From NCBI GenBank assembly GCA_016748015.1, contig JAAOMT010000135.1, positions 248,001-312,000 of the forward strand: a stretch of DNA of 64,000 nucleotides, in the 5' to 3' direction. The position numbers and the translations under genes were made by a program. How positions within the stretch are numbered: position 1 is the first letter of the stretch; the number at the start of each line of letters is the position of its first letter. Of this stretch, positions 12,249-22,126 are shown one piece after another. Under the pieces are notes generated by a model. The model was given only the letters and a program-made list of their open reading frames with translations. It was not told the origin of the DNA and searched no databases. The stretch is from Geosiphon pyriformis uo1. Taxonomy: Eukaryota; Fungi; Glomeromycota.

Positions 12249-13802
12249 ATGGGTGATTACTCATATCTGCCACAACAATCAGAAGAACACTTTGCAGCAC
12301 ACAACAGAAATGACCTAGATTTCATTGAACTTAATCCTCTGCCCTCCTACTTGATCTGTTTCCCCCTTGAAGAACAATCCAGTAGACAATTCCAAGACTT
12401 TTGGAACTGGTTTCTGAACAAGCATTTAGATGAAACCTACACAGCTTATACAACCTATTACTTTGACCAAGCTTATTTTGAAAACGACTTTGAAAAAAGA
12501 AACAACAATATCAATTAGCTTTTATATTCTGCAACCTTTGAACAACAGCCCCCTGATTTCGAATATCTGAATCATCAAATCCACATTTGGATTGCTGCCC
12601 ATCAAGCAACTGAAACTCCCTTTGAAACAGAAGAAGAAAGCTACCAAACTGCCCCTGTTTTTGACCTTTTATCAAGCAAATCAGACTTGTCTACACAAAC
12701 AGTTACCCCAGAACCAATGGCTGTTGACCCCATACAAGCAAACATTTTGGCCACTCTCCAAGGTATACAAACTGCTCTAGGGTGAAGAAACAACACCCCA
12801 TTACCATTATTTAGAGATGATGCACAAGATCTAATTGAATGGTTGAATGACTTTGAAAGAGCCGCTACAGTCAATCAGTATGACAATGAGTACAAGTTCC
12901 AAATTGTTGGTGGCTACCTTCAAGGATCTCCTGCTATCTGGTTCTTACAAGGAACAGATGCCAATGCCCAGCAAAGAATTGTTAGATGAACACCAGCAAA
13001 TGTGGGAGAAATCAACACTTCTTTCACTACCTGGTTTGAAAACAAGTTCAGAACCCCAATCTTAATATCCAAATGGCGTATGGAATTGGAAAGAAGAACC
13101 CAAGGTCCCAGTAAAGTTGTAATTGAATATGCCAAAGCAATCAGAAAGTTAATCAAATGAATAGACACTGGAAGAAATTGGACAAAAGAGCAGAAAATTC
13201 ACTCCTTCACAAAAGGATTGAGAACTGATCTATCATATGCTCTTTGGCCCCTCCTGGCCCTGAAAGATAATCCCACTATAAATATGGCCATTGAATTAGC
13301 ACAAAGAATTGAAGATAACCAAAAGATGCACTTGGAATCTACACTACCAGTTTTTGCTCTTGCTTCTGTCATGGCTTCTGCTTCTCAAATGGCTGCTACT
13401 TCTTTTGCTATTCACACTCAAGATCTAAATGAACAGTTAATAGACAGACTCACAGCAAATTTTGTCTGGTTATTAGAACTCTTAGCCCAAGCAGTCAGAG
13501 AAAATCAACAACCACAAAGACCCAAATTTGAACCACACTTCAATCAATCCCAGCAACCACCTTATCAAAGACAACAAAATCGTGGCCCACCTGTATGCTA
13601 TTGCTGTGGATTAACTGGACACTTTTCAAGAGATTGCAACAATTCTCCACTGTCTCCACCAGTTTCCAGAAACAATGATGCTCAGAACAACAGACCCAAC
13701 AACAACAATGTGCCTAACCAAAGACCCAATTATGCCAACATTAATTTCTTTGGAGAGAATCCCCTAGTTGAAGCCACTATTTATCAGTCTTTAAACTGGT
13801 AG
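12249..13802 (+). pseudogene. Gag with long N-terminal extension and zinc knuckle
   Basis: Single frame with scattered stops; capsid-like DPIEWL.DFERAA; CY(R)CGLTGHFSRDC knuckle. Confidence 0.88.
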
Positions 13803-13840
13803 ACGCACCTCCAAAGAGTGAAAGTGCAAGCCAACCAGAA
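13790..13840 (+). other. Candidate -1 programmed ribosomal frameshift signal (T TTA AAC plus stem-loop)
   Basis: Heptamer at 13790-13796 is in the gag frame 2 codons before the stop; the -1 frame is open into the protease; conserved at 42917-42923. Confidence 0.75.
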
Positions 13841-16482
13841 AAAAACCTCTTTTTTGTTTTTAACTTAACTAATGATGACCATAACATGGATGAACTAGCA
13901 ACCAACCTCTCTGAATTCACAAGAAAGAAGAAGAAAGCCAAAGTTGATTTCGTTCTGGATCCCAATAAAGCTTCTACATCAACTGCTGACAACAATGAGC
14001 CCCCAAAAGTCAAAGTTTTCAAAAACCCTCCAAAGTTGGAACCCCCAGAAATAGTACAAAAATTCGGCCCCTATTTTGTTGTCAAAGACCTCATGGAAAC
14101 CCCAGCACATATAACTTTTGGCCAATTGATGACCCATCCACAATTCAGAAAAGATCTTCGCAAATCTCTGATTCCAAAAAAAAAGACACCCAAAACCAAC
14201 AAATGCTCTCGCCAAGCTGGACTTGCTGACAATAGCAATGTCACTCCTCTAATTTGCAAAGCCCAAGTGGCTGGCTACTTTATTGATTTGATCTTAGACA
14301 GTGGATCATCTGTTAGTGTTATTGCCAAACACTTTTTTGAAGCAATTGGCAGAAAAATTGATGAACCATTCACATGACCAATGACTAATGTACATGGTAA
14401 TAAAAAGAAAGAACTTGGCATAGCCAAAGCTATTCCTGTCTGCATCAATAGCATCAGCATTGAAACTAATATGGAAGTATCTGAAGCAAAAAAATACACC
14501 ATCATTGTTGGCAATGAATGGCTCAAGAAAGCAAAAGCTTTGCTTGATTATGAACTCTGTGAACTAACCATCAGATGTGATGAGAAACTCATTGTGGTTA
14601 AGTGTCGCCATTGGACAACTCCCTCAGTACCCAAGCAGAGCCCAAAAGAAAATGAATTAGATGAATCAGATGATGAAGAAAGTGAGGAAGAAAAAGAACA
14701 AGAAGAACAAGAAGAAACTGCTGAACTTGTCTATACCATCTTCACCAGCAATGGCAAACCACTGGATAATGTCAAGACAGATAAAAAAGGAATCATTGTC
14801 AATGGCAAGCTGATCTGCTGGCCTTATTATGACATGCTCAGAAGAACCTTTGACAGAAAGCCAGGCAAGAAAGCCAAATACAGTTATTGGTGGTATGGTC
14901 CTTGTGTCCAGTGCTGGTACGACAAACCATTGTATTCTCCTAGCAATGAATGCATGTCCTGCCTGATCTATTATAAAGATTGGAAATCAATTAGCTTAAT
15001 ACTCCATGAGGAAATAAAAGAAGTCCAAAAGTTCTTTGAAAATAAACCACCTGAAATCCAATCACTGGTTGTAGAACAAAGAGAACTTTCTCCAGAAGAA
15101 AGAAAGATAGACATTGAAAACCTGCTGGCTAGAAACAGCCCAGTTGTCTCAAAAGAAAGTGAACTTTCTGGACGTACACATGTGATACAACACACTATCA
15201 TCACCAGAGAAACTCACCCCATCCATTTGAAGCCCTATCAATCCAACTAGCACAATGATGAGTTTATCAAAAAAGAAATAACCCAAATGAAAACCCTTGG
15301 ATTCATACAGGAAACCAAGAATGAATGGGCATTCCCAGTTGTAGTGGTATCCAAGAAAGGAGGAACCCTATGCTTTTGTGTTAACTATCACCAATTAAAT
15401 GCCATTACTGAAAGAGACATGTACCCACTTTTCAAGATTGATGCAATGCTAGACCAATTCCATGGTGCCACTTTCTTCTTAACCATTGACTTAACTGCTG
15501 GATTTTGGCAAGTAGAGATGGATCCAGAAAGCAGAAAGAAAACTGTCTTCATTACCAAGTATGGCACCTACAAATTCACAGTCATGCTTTTTGGTTCACA
15601 AATGCTCCTCCCACTTTTCAATGCTTAATGGACAAAGTATTTGAATCAGTAAAAGAAAACTTTGTTCTAATTTACTTGGACGACATAATGGTATACTCAA
15701 AAACCTGGGATGAACACCTTGAACATTTGCAAAAGGTTTTTGACATCCTTAGAAATGCTGATCTCAAGATCAATCCAATCAAATCATTCTTTGGATGTCA
15801 ATCCACCCAGTTCCTTGGCCATCTTATTACAAAAGATGGAATTTTCCCTGATCCAGCCAAAATTGAAAAAGTTCAAAACATTAAACAATCAATAAATGTT
15901 CATGAACTACACTCTTTTCTTGGTTTGGCTTCTTATTACCACAAGTTTGTCAAGGATTTCTCCAAAATCGCTACTCCTCTCAATCAGCTATTTAGGAAAA
16001 ACATCAATTATCACTGAGGCACTTATCAACAAAAAGCATTTGAAATTCTGAAGGAAAAACTGGTTACAGAACCCATTCTCATGCAACCTAATCTGGATCA
16101 ACTTTTTATCCTTTATACTGATGCATCTGGCTATGAACTTAGTGCTGTTCTTTCTCAGAAAGACAAAGATGGCAGGGAACATGCCATAGCATATACCAGT
16201 AGAACTCTCACACCAGCAGAAAAAAACTACTCAGTCACTGAGCAAAAATGCTTAGCAGTAGTTTGGGCTACCAGCTACTGGGACAAATATCTTAAAGGTG
16301 TAAAATTTTTGGTGGTAACAGATCATCAAGCTTTGGTTTGACTACGCAACAAAAAAAACCTGAAACATAAACGGATAACTCACTGAATACTCCACTTGGA
16401 TGAATTCGACTATAACATTCAACACCACAAAAGAGTTAATTATCAAAATGCCAACACTCTTTCCAGACTTACCATCCAGTAA
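13790..16482 (+). pseudogene. Pol: aspartic protease, RT, RNase H (no integrase)
   Basis: LILDSGSS; WAFPVVVV, FG.TNAP, IYLDDIMV; LYTDASG, NYSVTE.KCLAVVWA, TDHQAL, NA(DA)LSR then TAA TAG TAA. Confidence 0.92.
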
Positions 16483-16547
16483 TAGTAAAACCCTTTCAAA
16501 CCAAACCAACTTAATTATTTGTAACTCCCCCACAAACAAACATGATA

Positions 16548-17861
16548 ATGGACTTGGACAACTACTCTGCCTTAATGGAATTTTTGGGTAAAGAACAATA
16601 CCCGCTGGACTATACTCGACAGCAAAAAGAACATTTGTGCAAACAATCAAATTTCTATTTGATTTGCCAGAACTAGTTATATAAAAGAAATAAAAAAGAT
16701 CCTGACCACCCCCAGAGAATTATTAGATTTGAAGAAAGAGAAATTGTGATCTACAATATACATACTGATCCATTAGCTGGACACTTTGAAAAAACAAAAA
16801 CGATTCAGAAAACTTTAACTCGCTATTATTGGCCTACCTTGGGAAAACACATTGCTGAATACATCAAAATCTGTGATACCTGCCAAAGAAGAGGAAAACC
16901 CAATCATAAGGAAGATATTCATCCAATCTCTGTTGGTTAACCATTTGACAGAATTGGTATAGATGTTGTTGGACCTTTAATAGTAACTCCTAATAGCAAC
17001 AGATATATTATCACAGCTACCAACTATCTTACAAAGTGGGTAGAAGCAAGAGCCACTCCAGATCAAACAGCAGTTTCAATTGCCAATTTCATTTATGAAG
17101 ATATTATCTGTTGTCATGGCTGCCCCAAAGAACTTTTATCTGATAGAGGAAGAGCTTTTCTCAGTACACTGGTTGAAGAACTTTGCAGAAAAATGGGAAT
17201 ATGTTATAAACTCTTTTCCCCTTATTACCCCCAAACAAATGACCTAGTGGAACGTTTTAATAAAACACTATGTGAAACCCTAGCCAAAACCAGTAAAGAA
17301 ACCAATCTATGGAACAAAGTATTGCCTTTAGCTTTGTTCGCCTACAAAACTGTGAATTATGACATAACAAGTTATGAACCCTTTTATCTGCTCTATGGAC
17401 AAATGGCAACTCTACCAATAGAAACGGATATAGAAACAATATCTTTTGAAGAAATAACAATAGGAGATTACAAGAACATTTTGCAAAGAAGACTTGGTAC
17501 CATTTTTGACTTATTGGTAGAAGCACGGATAATTGCCTTTGAAAAGATAAAACAGTTCCAAGAGAAGCTCAAAAAGAAAAAGACCTATAAAACACTTTCC
17601 TTAAGTGTTGGTGACTTAGTTTTGGAATACCATTCAGACAGAGACAATGTCTATGGTAATAAATTCTCCAGCCACTGGAAAGGACCTTTTATAGTCAACA
17701 AAGTCTTAAACAATAGTTCATATATCCTACAAGATCAATATGAAACAATATTCAGTGATCATTCTGTTCATGGCACACGACTTAAGAAATATTACAAACG
17801 ACCTAATTGGTTACCTGTTGTGGTAATACTGACCCAAATGATCAGCAAAAATCAGATATAA
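16548..17861 (+). pseudogene. Integrase encoded as a separate ORF
   Basis: ATG GAC TTG at 16548, in a different frame from RH; HHCC (HTDPLAGH..CDTCQ), IGIDVVGP, SDRG, VERFN, W.GPF. Confidence 0.85.
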
Positions 17862-17902
17862 ATAAATGCACCATTCCCAAAACAGAGGTATCTTCAATCG
17901 AC

Positions 17903-18559
17903 ATGAATAATTATTTCCTGGATCAAAACATTCAAAACACTTTCTATACTCTCTATGAGTACTGAATCAAGAACTATCCAAATGCTACTTTGACTATTGA
18001 AAAACAAACCACCATAATAGACAACAGTGGAACTCACACTATTATCAAACCAAAGAAAACAACTACCAGAAGAGAAAGAATTGGTGGCAAAATGGATAAA
18101 TACTTGCTGAAAAGCATAACAGCAGCAATACTTTTACCTTCCAGCACAATTGGAAAAACAATACAAGAAATCTTGCCCATAGACAAAAACTTGTCATATG
18201 GAAGACAATTAGAACTCTATGGTTGTCTTGGTGAAATCATAGAAGACATGAAGCTCATGAAGAAAACAACTTCAGAAATACAAGTGGAAATTTTGGGCAT
18301 TATACGATTAGATGTCCCAAGAGTTTTGACCATTGCTAAAAGAGCCAGAACTCTTATACAAAGATTTGGTCTCTTGGATACAAAACTTATTTCACCTCAA
18401 GTATTATATACCTTGTCCACAAAAGACTTCAACAAACTAGTTAGTTTTGAGTTAGACAAAACCCTTCACATAGACTATCCCATAAATAGCTTGATTTCGC
18501 TGGAGCTCAATCTCTTTGGAGAGGATGATGTTATGGTTGAAACCCATAGTTTTTATTAG
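17903..18559 (+). pseudogene. Extra ORF3 of family 2, ~218 aa, unknown function
   Basis: ATG at 17903 in frame with ORF 17990-18559; conserved in copy B; ends ~30 nt inside the 3' LTR. Confidence 0.75.
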
Positions 18560-19218
18560 TTATCACATATATTAGCCACTGATGTCATATAATTAGCCAC
18601 CCTATTTTTAGATAGTGATTATTGACCTGATCATTGACCTGATTATTGATCTGATCAATGACCTGATCATTGATCTAATCATTGACCTGATCATTGACCA
18701 CTTTAGATAGCTATATAAGTGATGATTCCCTTAGCTGTAGAAAAACATGATCAAAGTAACAAAATAAACAATATCAATTACTTCCTCTCATAATCGCTTA
18801 TTCCCCTTTTCTTACCTTCAAGTATCTACTTGTTGGCATTCACATACCTTATCTTTTCCCCTTCTTGATTTGTATTTGTTATAATTAGCCTGAGAAGCAA
18901 TTGGCTTGCTCTTGTAATTCATTGAATAAAGAAACGATTGAAAAGTATAATGATACCTGTTATTGATTCTAAGAATTGCCAAGTTGAGGCATAGAATAAT
19001 AGCAGTAGTGTTATCTTGTTAACAATCACGGACTATCTTTCTACCTTCAGATTTAAGAAAAGATTAACGACTGTGATTTTTATGAAACTGATCACACACA
19101 TTGAATTCCTACTTATTCAATTCACTCCCTTATTGTAATTGCCTCTTTGTTTATTTCTATCACCATACAATACTGTTCTCCCTTACTATCCGTTAGCTTG
19201 TTACTCCAACCCGTAATA
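18529..19218 (+). repeat. 3' LTR, copy A (PPT GGAGAGGATGA immediately upstream)
   Basis: Direct repeat of the 5' LTR with an expanded ATTGACCTGATC 12-mer array at ~18615-18700. Confidence 0.95.
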
Positions 19219-22126
19219 CTATTTTCAAATCTATGAGTGTTCTACCCTTGTTTCATGAGTCTTTTACCAGTCTCTATGACATCTGTAACTCAGTGCTTTT
19301 AATTCTTAATTAATTAGTAAAACAAAAAGAAATAACAAAAGAAAATAAAAAAAAATAAAAAAAAATAAAAAAATAAGCCAAGACAATAAATGTTAGTATT
19401 CTGTCAATAGCTGTAATCAAGAGCTATTGTTTCAGTATGGTCAAGTGTCAATAACTATCAACATGAAGTGTTGATAGTAAAAAGTGAATTGAAATAGCAA
19501 ATAATTATTTATTGATATTTGTAATGTAGAAGGTTGCTTAGATTAAATCTAAATTCAGAGGTTTGTTTTTTCTACTTTTAATACTACCACTATATATACA
19601 TAATTGAGATTTCTCAATTTTTCAATTTTTCACACCAGAAATTCTGGAATTTCTGGAATCTTGTAATTTTTTTGAGAAGAATCCTGGAATTTTGGAATTC
19701 TGTGATTCCTTGTACAAGAATTCTGAAATTCCTGGAATTTTACAATTTCTTTGAAAGAAATTTTAGAATTCCAAATTTATTATGTCTATCTCTGATTGGC
19801 TAATTTATGTGCTAATATACTTCCTATATTCTATAAGTAACACTGTACTATTTATAAAATCAGTAATATGATTTTTCAAGTTAATAATTAGACTTGTTTT
19901 ATTTCTTGTTTATCTGATTTTGATTGTCATTTTTGGTTTGTTTTGATTATATTTGACTTATAAAATAATTTGAATACTGTTATTGTTAAAACTAATATTT
20001 TAAAAAAATCATATTTGGTAAAAAACTTTTGAATACTAATACTGCTTTAAATGTTAAGACTTAGACTATTTAATTGTTAATTATAAGATGTTTTTATATT
20101 TTTTTTCCAAAAATTTCAGAGCTTTTGTGTTTTATTTTGTTGATATTAAGTTTTATGTCAAGACTGTTGCTTCTGTGTTTTCTTTAGTTTCTAATTTTCT
20201 AGTTAGTTCTGTTTTTTTTACTAATATGTTAATTAATATATCTGCAGTTTTTTCTTAGTTGGTTTTTTTAAAGTCTGATTTGGCCAAGCTTTTTGCTTTG
20301 GTTAAATTTATTGTTAAACCAATCAGATTTTTGGTTGTTGTATTTAAAAAATTTATTAATAATAATCTGGTTTTAAGTAGTATATTTAATCTTAAAGTTA
20401 ATAAAGTTTTAGTACATATAAATACTTTTAATAAAGCAATTGGTAAGTTGAAATAAAGATTAAGTATAACTATAAAGACATTGATATATTTGGTTCTTAT
20501 ATGAATCTATCTGTTATTAATAATAACATGTTTTTTAATTTAATATTACTATAAAAACATAAACTTATTAGTATTAAGTCTAATGCTTTAAAAACAGCCA
20601 AGTAACTGGTTGAATTGATTAATAATAATATTATATTGTTTAAAATTGTTTAAAAAATGTTGTTTTTAAGTAAGTTTTTTTCTGAAATATCAATATAGTA
20701 TAGTTTAAACTAATTTAAATAACTAGTTATATATAGAAAATACATAAATTATATTTAACACTAAAATACTTAGTTTGTTTTTAATTTTTAAATAGTAGTT
20801 AGATTATACTCATTAAATATAATAAAAAAAAATTATTTTGTAAAACTATAAACATATAATATATATATATATATATATAGCAATTTTAATATTAAAAAAA
20901 TATATTATTTTTTAGTTTTTATTTTTAATAATATCTAAATAAATTTTTAATTAATTAAAAAAAAATAAAAATAAAAAATAAAAAATTGAATTATTATTAC
21001 AAATCTATTAATAAATTAATTTGTATTTATTTATTAATTAAATCTATTAAAAAAATAATTTTTATTTAAAAAAAATACATAATATATAATAATAATTAAA
21101 ATTTAAAAAGAAACTTTTATTATAATATTATTATTATACAAATAGAATTAAAAAACTTATAAAAAATTGATTATAATTTAAATTAAATATATTAATAATT
21201 AATATATTAAAAAAATATTATTATAATATTAACTATATATTTTTTAAAATTAACAATTTGGTTTTTTAAATAAACAATCAGATTTATTTTTTGGTTTTTT
21301 AATACTAATTATTAAAATTAATATTTTATATAAAAGTTTTATTTGATAAAAAAACTTTTAAATATTGATTTTATTATAAATATTAATATTAAATTATTTA
21401 ATATTTATATATAAAATTATTTTTGCTGTTTTAAATTCATATTTTATATCAAAACTATTATTTTTTGTTGGTATTTTATTCTAATTTTTTTGGTTTTTTT
21501 ACCAATAAGACTTATAAATTTAAGTTGGTTTTTTTGAAATTTAAATTGCAAGATTTATTTGTTATTGAATTTATGATTATAAAAATTAATATCTTGATAA
21601 ATTTAATTGCTTTTCTTTTGGTTATTTTATTAAAAGCTTAAATCAAGTATATTGCTAACTTAATTATCACTGTACTAGAAAAATAAGACTTAAAAAATAT
21701 ATAAAATAGTATTGGAGAGTATAAATGATTTGTTATTAATTATAAAAAGATATATAACATGTACATTATAGTGAAGGATAAAATTAATTTAATAAAAATA
21801 CAACTATAAAATGGTTATTAAGAATGAACAGACTTTTGCCAAATACTTTGATAAGATTAAAGCATTAAGTGCCTTTGGTTTAAAAGATAGATGAGTATTT
21901 ATTGGCTTAGGCATGCATTGTAAAAAGCATGAGCCAAACCTAATTATATAATTAATGAAATATAAGAATTATAAATTAGTAAAAAATAACATTATTTAAG
22001 AAAAATTATATATATTTTTAATATATTTTGAAAATACCAAACTTAAATATAAAATGAATTATTTATTTAAAAAATTCAAAGAAGCGTATTATCAAGAATA
22101 TCTTTCTGTCGATTCGGATTTATAAA

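Larger units (their letters stand above)
11555..19218 (+). mobile_element. Full-length Ty3/gypsy LTR retrotransposon, family 2, copy A (degenerate)
   Basis: LTRs 11555-12196 and 18529-19218, TSD CTAT, PBS, PPT, domain order gag-PR-RT-RH-INT. Confidence 0.97.
11324..19842 (-). repeat. Solo LTR, family X, copy 2 (inverted relative to copy 1), interrupted by Ty3 copy A
   Basis: TGTTACA at 11324, GTAACA ending 19842, TSD TTGT/CTGT; halves 11324-11554 and 19219-19842 rejoin; internal GAATTCYTGGAATT-type repeats at ~19635-19770. Confidence 0.75.
9524..20832 (+). mobile_element. Old ORF1-only non-autonomous LINE-like element, split by nested insertions (own sequence ~9524-9892, 10763-11323, 19843-20832)
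   Basis: The ghost reading frame continues across the insertions (KSVLKNNIKLFYVEF; LKPIGI(W)QYVV; KTKLINFSLAC|TIYKISNMIFQV; knuckle CFKC*DLDYLIVNY ~20043-20085). Stop at ~20696-20698 is followed by a tail alignable to the LINE 3' UTR (9390-9523) and AATAAAAAAAAA. Confidence 0.7.

Noticed and set aside
16400-16591. Third-frame ORF bridging RNase H and integrase
   Set aside because: It would need two successive frameshifts and has no recognisable motif; likely a by-product of A/C-rich composition.
17903-18559. ORF3 as an envelope gene
   Set aside because: No signal peptide, TM anchor or fusion-type features, and it is too short.
18610-18700. Short repeat arrays as CRISPR (also 2190-2265 and 19635-19770)
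   Set aside because: Tandem units without unique spacers, inside LTRs of a eukaryotic genome, with no cas genes.
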